A DNA stretch of 56,624 bases, counting the filler, from Sphacelaria rigidula (lineage: Eukaryota): NCBI GenBank assembly GCA_964200075.2. It is 5 parts of 5 records of this genome, joined end to end, with 100 filler letters (N's around TTAATTAATTAA, not from the genome) between each part and the next. Parts side by side here need not be neighbours in the genome. Positions count along the whole stretch, not along the records: positions 45,382 to 56,624 come from CAXNAA020005179.1; 4 more parts are not named here. One strand, written 5' to 3'. This document shows, piece by piece, positions 50,701 to 56,624 of the stretch. The notes beneath the pieces are model-generated. The model worked only from the letters and a program-made list of their open reading frames with translations, was not told the DNA's origin and did not search any database. Each line of letters starts with the position of its first letter. The first letter of the stretch is position 1. The translations under genes were made by a program, and so were the position numbers.

Positions 50701-53700
50701 GCCAAGTCTGTGGCTCCCGAGACTACCTCTCCCACACCTAGGGGCAGTAGCCCTTGACAGAAAAAGAAAAAAAGGAGCCTCCTCTCGCCAAAGACCAACG
50801 TCAGCACCAGTACAAGTCAGCTGAAGTTGTCGGCGACTTGTACGCCGGTCCACACCGTAGTACCAGCATGTATGAGGCGGAAACATGAGTCGTCGTGAGA
50901 TGGCACCAAGGTCTTTTGACTTGACTGACCCACCTTGCTTTTCCTCGACGGTTTTATGTATGACCCTGGGGTCTTGATCTCTTTGACCGGCCACATATAT
51001 TATTATTTCGTCGAGATCGTGGCTATTTGGAAAATGACTGCCACCCTCAGGTGCCCACCTTCAAACGGGCAACGAGTGGAGCCGTAAGGATGGGTAATTA
51101 TCTTGCATTCATATTTCAAGTAAAACTGAAACTTGCTCAACAGTGACCCAACATGGCGTTTGACGGGTTTTCTCTTCGCGCGCCAGAAGTCGTTGTGAAA
51201 CAATATGATTTACTGACCTTTTACACAGGTAACCCTGACGCTCTAGCTGAGGAAGTCGTCTCTGGATTCGGGCACCACCCTTGGGGAATGACAAAACATC
51301 CGCTCATGCCACGAAAATAATGATATCTTTGCTGTAGAAGCAGTCTTTCGTAGCCCTCAATACACAAGGTGGTGCATTGCCATACGTAGACTTCAGTGGA
51401 CAACGGTACTTCGCGGTCAGAGACTTGACTGAAGTAGCTGTTTCACCGTATTCTCCCGGTGATGCCATCTAGGGCTCATGTCCGACATCCGGCGTCGAAG
51501 AGGGATTGTTTTTTGTTTGTGCACGTCCGACGCCTGTTTCGGGGGTATTCGAGATCCGGGGGCTAGTTTGAGATCTCCATCGGTGGATCCGCTCAGTTAT
51601 CTTGACAGGCAGACGGCAAGTTGGTTGTCAAGCACGGTCAGCATCAGTCGAAAACAAGAAGTCTTAGCGCTAAAGAGTCCTTTCTTCTGATGTTGTAATT
51701 GCTGAAATGAGGGCAAAGCGATATCTCTCCGGATCAAGAGGAAGTTGCAAGTATTTGTGTTTTGTTTAGACCGCCCGGTACACTGAAATACTACCGCTGA
51801 AGGCGTGATGGTACTTTTGAGGGTGAAGGTGATGGCGATTCAACAGATTGCCGACCGTGGCGGCCTCAGGGTTAACCCTCACACCACAGAGAAACTGGAA
51901 TATTCACTGAAGGCGCAGTCGCTCACGAGACTCGATACACGACGTGGTGTGCTGGCCTACCCGGGCTCAAATGGACCACAGTACTGCGCGGTCGATTTGT
52001 TAGCTGAGGCACTTGTTTCACTACTCTCCCCACCGGTACCACGTACGTTATGGTCTGTCTGCGACACACGGTGTCAAGGGGAAGTAAGGTTTGCTCCTTT
52101 TTTTTTCCAGTAATTGTGGGGTAGTTCGATATCCCCGCGTGAGTCCATCAGTCAGCGTTTGATGGCGAGATGGTTTTCGCGCTCGGCCAGAAACAATATT
52201 TTTTACACGAAGTTCTTTTTGCGGAATAATGCCCTCTTCGGACTTTTTTTTTGCTGGAATGAGGAGGACAAAAAGAGGGATGCCTCGAGACGAGAATAGT
52301 TCCGCTGCGTGATGGTACTTTTTCGGAAAGGTTTTCAACACGCACGCCTTTGTTATAAGTCATTTGGACCTTCAAGAGTGACACGCATCGAAATATGGCA
52401 TCACTATATTTTGGTGGTGAAAGTGCTTTGTTTTCTTTATTTCCTCCCGGAAACCAACAGCCGTAAATTCGGTAATGCGTGAAAGCGACCTGTAACCACA
52501 CGCTACTTTCCCGCTCTTACGTTTTGTCCAGAGGGCGCAAGGTCGGCGACGCCGCACCCAAGGTATTCATTACAAAATGGTGATCACCATCTCTGTTTCT
52601 GTACTTGCTGTGTACCACCGAATTGTTTGTACGGACCTTTAAAACCATGCCTGATTATTTTTTCGTTTTTTTGGTTGCATTCTTCGGCGTTTTTTCTACT
52701 TGAAATCCATCGATTTTCCTTTAGTTTCTATTCCCACCTTGCAGCAAAATAAATCAGTCAGCCCGAAAATGACGGTGTTTCGCCCCCTATTCCGGGGGTA
52801 TGAACAAGAGCAAAGCCGGTGAAAAAGGGTAAAAATTAGAGTTGTGAACTGCCTTCCAGGTTAACTGGTAAGTTACAGTCAACTGGTACAACTGGTTAAC
52901 TGACCGTTTTCGTAACCAGTTGAACCAGGTACTTCACACGACATACGTGTCACACTCCAAAGTGTTCTGTGTAAATATGTGCAATACTCACATCAGTATT
53001 TCCGAAGTATTGTCGTACTACAATGACCGTGGGGATCCTTTTGCAAAGGCGACGACATGACTGCACAGCGAATACACCTAGACCTTTTGTATGGTGCACT
53101 ACTGTCTTACCGCTTTCTTCTGAATTCACGTCGCAAAGTTCAGTGATATCTCTTGTTTTCCCATGCATGTATACTTTTGTGCACTGATTACGTGCTCGAA
53201 TTGCTGGCGCTAGGCAGCTAGAATTTACCGCGATTTCGAAGAGATGTGAAGCCGAATGGCATGATTTTCTTGCCTCCGGCGGCGCCTCCGGCGGACCCCC
53301 CTCATTCGCCGGAGAGGGGCGTTTAGGCGACTCCGCCGCGTCGCCTTACCAGGCAAGCTGGCGGAGTCGTGAGGCGGCTTCGCCGCCAGTTATCCAGTTT
53401 TACTGGTAACTGAAATTGGTTGTAATTTTCTGCAACCAGTTAAGTGATGAGCAAAACCAGTTCACAACTTCAGCAAAAATGGTTCCACGTTCTTCGTTTT
53501 AGCTGGCTTCATGTGCAGAGGCTAGCTACGCCTCATCCGAAGCCACTGCGTCAAGTTATCCCTTTTGTCCAGCACAGATATGACAAGAATCTGCCGATTT
53601 CGGCAAAAATCGATTTGAAGTGGCCGAAATCGGCCAAAATTTGGTCAGTTTTAAGCCGATATTGTGTATTCAGTACGTTCAAGATTTTTTGTCTAATGTT

Positions 53701-56098
53701 GTTCCATGAGCATCTCCCCTCTTTTATCTTTCGAACGATCCAGAATTGTACAAAAGCACAGAAAGCGCCTTCGTTCGGGAGATACGATATGTGCCTCAAC
53801 TCGGTCCTAACTTATGGGGCAGGGAATGTATATATCCTTCAACAGCCGGTCGCCCTGGTGGCTCCCTTGGTAATCTTTGAAACCTTCGTAAGGTTGCGTC
53901 GTGGGTTTGAATCTCGGCGAAGTCATACGATGTGGGTCTTTTTCGCACACCATGTCTAACAGTGGAGAGCGACTATGTTGTGGGTACACAAAATATGACT
54001 TCACGGTCGACAAGGGTAAGGGACTGCTGCACCCCTCTCGCGATAAAAAATAAGGAAAGCACCGCGGAAGGGAGACGGAGTACTAAAATCAAAATCAAAA
54101 ATCAAGAATCCTGTATGCTCCTCCTGTGTGACCCCGGCTGATGCGCCCATATATACCGAAAGGTGTAGACTGGCATTCAGAATTGATGGGATGACAACAC
54201 ACAGTACGACGATCAAACGTTTTCGACAGCCTTGTTTCAACAAGCTGAACACGCCTCAATCATTGTTACATTCACTGATCGATTCACAAACCCACATCAA
54301 CTGACTCACTGCGAACGCACCCTTCCGACTCGGTAAAGGATGAGGGTCCTGCAGGTACGACAATAGTAGATTCAAATAGATTATCAATCATCATTTTCTG
54401 GGGAGAGTATGAACTGATCAGACCCCCCCCCTGCTGTGATTGAGTGCGAGCCTGGTCCGGCGAAAATCCGGCGTGCTCCGTCCCGCCTTTGTAGGGATGC
54501 GAGGTCAATGGTCTCATGACTCTGGCATGCATGATCATGAGTACCCTCCCCCCGCCCCCCTCTCGTCCTCCGATAAGAAACATGACCCTATTAAACCGGT
54601 GAACCGTGCTCTTCGGCTTTATATAAAACACCAGGTATCTTCTGTTCTTACGTCATGTGGAGCGCATCGAAGTGTTCTCGCTCGACGAGAAAGACACAGC
54701 GCCCGTGCTGCAATACAGCGTTGAGGTTACGAAGCGAGATCCATCCAGCGGCTGGCAAACCGTGCCCGACTTTGTGTCGGGCTCTCCCCGCCGCCCTCTT
54801 TCGAAGGAGGCGTTTTATTCAAAGCTGGGACAGACGCCGGATGCTTCTCTACCGAAGGTGGAACAGTTGGTGGAGATAACGTTTCGGCAGGAGGCGAAGG
54901 CATCGCAGCGGGAGATTGGTGAGGGGGAGATGGTGGTGGTTGCGGTACGGTGCTCGTTTCTGGGAGAAGTTGTATTATTTCGCCTGGATGTTTTCGGTGG
55001 TTTTTACTGTAATGTTTTTTATACCGTAATGTTTTTTATTCTTCACTTTCCTCCATCTCTTTTCCTCTGCCTTTTGATTTTTTTCAGGGGATATATATAT
55101 CTATTCACGAAAGGTGATATCGAAATGGCCCCGTCCATCAGAAATTGTCTGCCCACATCGCAAGTTCGTGAAAGTCGCTGGCAAGATGTCATTGAAAAAT
55201 TAGAGAAATCTTGGCAGGGGAATGGTCGCCGGCCGATCAAGAGACACTCGAAAGTTAGCTCGCAACACTACACGAACGAGGCGCCGTACTTTCTGTGGTA
55301 TGTTTCTGTATAGCTTTCATATATACATAGCCTTTCTGTTTAGCTCTCTCCTCCCTCTACTATTCTTCGGCGACTGTTTCCATGAATTTATTTTGGGGGC
55401 GTCTATTTAATGACCACCACTGCTTGCGTAGCGAATCAGTTCAGGCGCGGCAACCAATATATATATATATATATGTATGGCAGTGTACAGCGGCATCAGC
55501 TACGTGCACGCGAATTAGTTATTTGTTGACCCTTCACCATATTGCTCTTTTATCCACGAAGGACGATGATCGAACAGGCTTTGTTGACCCTTGAGGGTTC
55601 GAACCTCTGTTCAACGTAAATTTTCGTGATGCAGTGTGCTGTTTTCTTGTTTCCTGTTCATCTCTTTTTCTTGTGCGATTATCTGCCTTTGCTTATGGTT
55701 CCGGTTTTGTATGGCTAAATCATCAGGGTAGGGTAGGGTAGGGTAAGGTAGGTAGGTAAAGGGGTATCAGCCCTTTGCGCGTCCACAGATGAGCAACCAT
55801 GTCTGGTAGTCCTTCATCGATTGAACATGACGCCGATTCAGTATATGACACCCCGGGGCACTTTCAGGTTTAGCAGATCTGAGATAGCGGTCTAACTGCT
55901 GGAAAATGATTTTACTGTGCCGCTGCAGTGTCTGGTTCTACCGGCGAGGCGGGGTCGCCGTCGACTATGGTAGAAGGAGCTTCCTCCAAGTCGGTGGTGG
56001 ACGTATTCCTTGTGTGCGTGGCTATTGGAGGAAAGGAGGCGAAAAAGATGGCTTGCCTGCCGCAGCACCGCCACATGAAGCTCATCCCGTGGGGTGGG
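47753..56098 (+). CDS. SACS: Sacsin-like protein, internal exons (sacsin repeat region, Hsp90-like/GHKL-associated)
   Basis: Exons 47753-47797 (IRFAQSNLLDQFPDQ), 49901-50073 (FEPYLFFGCDLKSRFNGTLFRFPLR..), 54635-54918 (YLLFLRHVERIEV..) and 55929-56098 (..MKLIPWGG). Phases 0/2/1 are compatible. FPDQF, GTLFRFPLR, LLFLR.V..I and L.PWGG are sacsin hallmarks. Partial at both ends. Confidence 0.92.
48310..48960. repeat. AT-rich element with internal direct/inverted subrepeats (probable non-autonomous DNA transposon)
   Basis: GCGATTCTCC/GCGATACTCC..AAATTT and CAACTCATGAA motifs recur three to four times in both orientations; (TA)n lies at the left edge. Confidence 0.45.
50296..52100 (-). mobile_element. 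Degenerate Gypsy-like LTR retrotransposon 3' end with LTR (~50296-50722)
   Basis: On the minus strand, the purine tract GGTGTGGGAGAGGTAG directly precedes TCTCGGGA...TTCTCGACT (degenerate TGTCG..CGACA LTR termini). The upstream decayed ORF pieces (DQDPRVI, VKRPWCHL) resemble pol C-termini. The internal boundary is approximate. Confidence 0.45.
52837..53472. mobile_element. hAT-like MITE (636 bp)
   Basis: TIRs TAGAGTTGTGAACTG ... CAGTTCACAACTTCA, an 8-bp TSD GTAAAAAT/GCAAAAAT, and clustered subterminal AACTGG/CCAGTT motifs at both ends. Confidence 0.8.
53843..54150 (+). mobile_element. tRNA-derived SINE (near full length)
   Basis: Head CAGCCGGTCGCCCTGGTGGCTCCCTTGG..GGGTTTGAATCTCGG; the body is shared with 28322-28580. 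Confidence 0.78.
54423..54562 (-). repeat. Repeat family C copy
   Basis: GCGAGCCTGGTCCG..GGCGTGCTCCGTCCCG..GCATGATCATGAGTAC-C-run matches the other copies. Confidence 0.75.
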
Positions 56099-56624
56099 GT
56101 AAGAGCATATTTTTTGTTCTAAAATGGTGCGGGTGTCCTAGTCGTATGGTTTGTGCCACGGCCTGGGGAGCTAGCTCATAATTATGTTTTTTCAGTACAC
56201 GGTACAGCCGACTGATTGGTGTCCTCGGGGGTGGGTGAGACTCGTGGCCTTTGTCAGGGCCTCTCTCTCAATATCCTTTTTATTGATGTCTCATCGGCTG
56301 GGGTTAGGCGCAACAGTGCTTCGTGTCTGCAGAAGGTCTATTAAGTAGCACTTTTATGTCATTCAGGTGTGACCCCGTGCGAATGTCTACGCTCTCGCAG
56401 CGCTGGAAGCCGCCGGGGTCGTCAGACATGGCAATCCTGGTCATGGTAGTCCTCTCCCCCACGTCACCGAGCTGTCTTCGTTGTGAGCGGTGTCCTTTCC
56501 GAAACTAAACTGACGGGAGGTGTTAATAGCATGCTTTTCGAGTTTTGAGAGGGAGGGGGGGGGGGGGGGGGTACTCTTTTTTTGCTTTCCTTTGTTTTTT
56601 GGCCTTTGACCAGGCCGGGAGGGG

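Noticed and set aside
54919..55313. Hydrophobic C-terminal part of the 218-aa ORF as sacsin TM segments
   Set aside because: It is intron read-through: the phase-1 donor at 54919 matches the next exon at 55929.

Overview
Eukaryotic, intron-rich, repeat-rich genomic DNA. It is most likely from a brown alga (Phaeophyceae); this is inferred from gene content, kb-scale GT-AG introns and repeat types. The window is five contigs joined by artificial 100-nt N/TTAATTAATTAA spacers. Most ORF-track entries are spurious, so genes were reconstructed by reading splice phases by hand. (1) A large decayed multi-exon gene of unknown family on the minus strand (~1.5-13 kb). (2) A divergent centrin/calmodulin-like EF-hand gene (+, ~13.8/14.4-22.0 kb) with a long N-terminal extension and no intact EF3 exon. 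(3) A complete 5-exon gene for a 265-aa secreted, acidic, Cys-rich protein made of two tandem Ig-like-looking domains (+, 25114-30957). (4) The first two exons of an ERD2-like ER lumen protein-retaining receptor (-, 38616-39427). (5) Four internal exons of a sacsin-like gene (+, 47753-56098). Introns and intergenic DNA contain RTE-type LINE remnants, degenerate Gypsy-like remnants, tRNA-derived SINEs, piggyBac-like and hAT-like MITEs, other dispersed repeats and microsatellites. I saw no CRISPR array, rRNA gene or intact transposase. No clearly new biological system can be proven from the sequence alone. The best leads are the two-domain secreted protein, the decayed gene whose intact exons carry single in-frame TGAs, the remodelled centrin, and an intronic insertion flanked by a 38-bp duplication.
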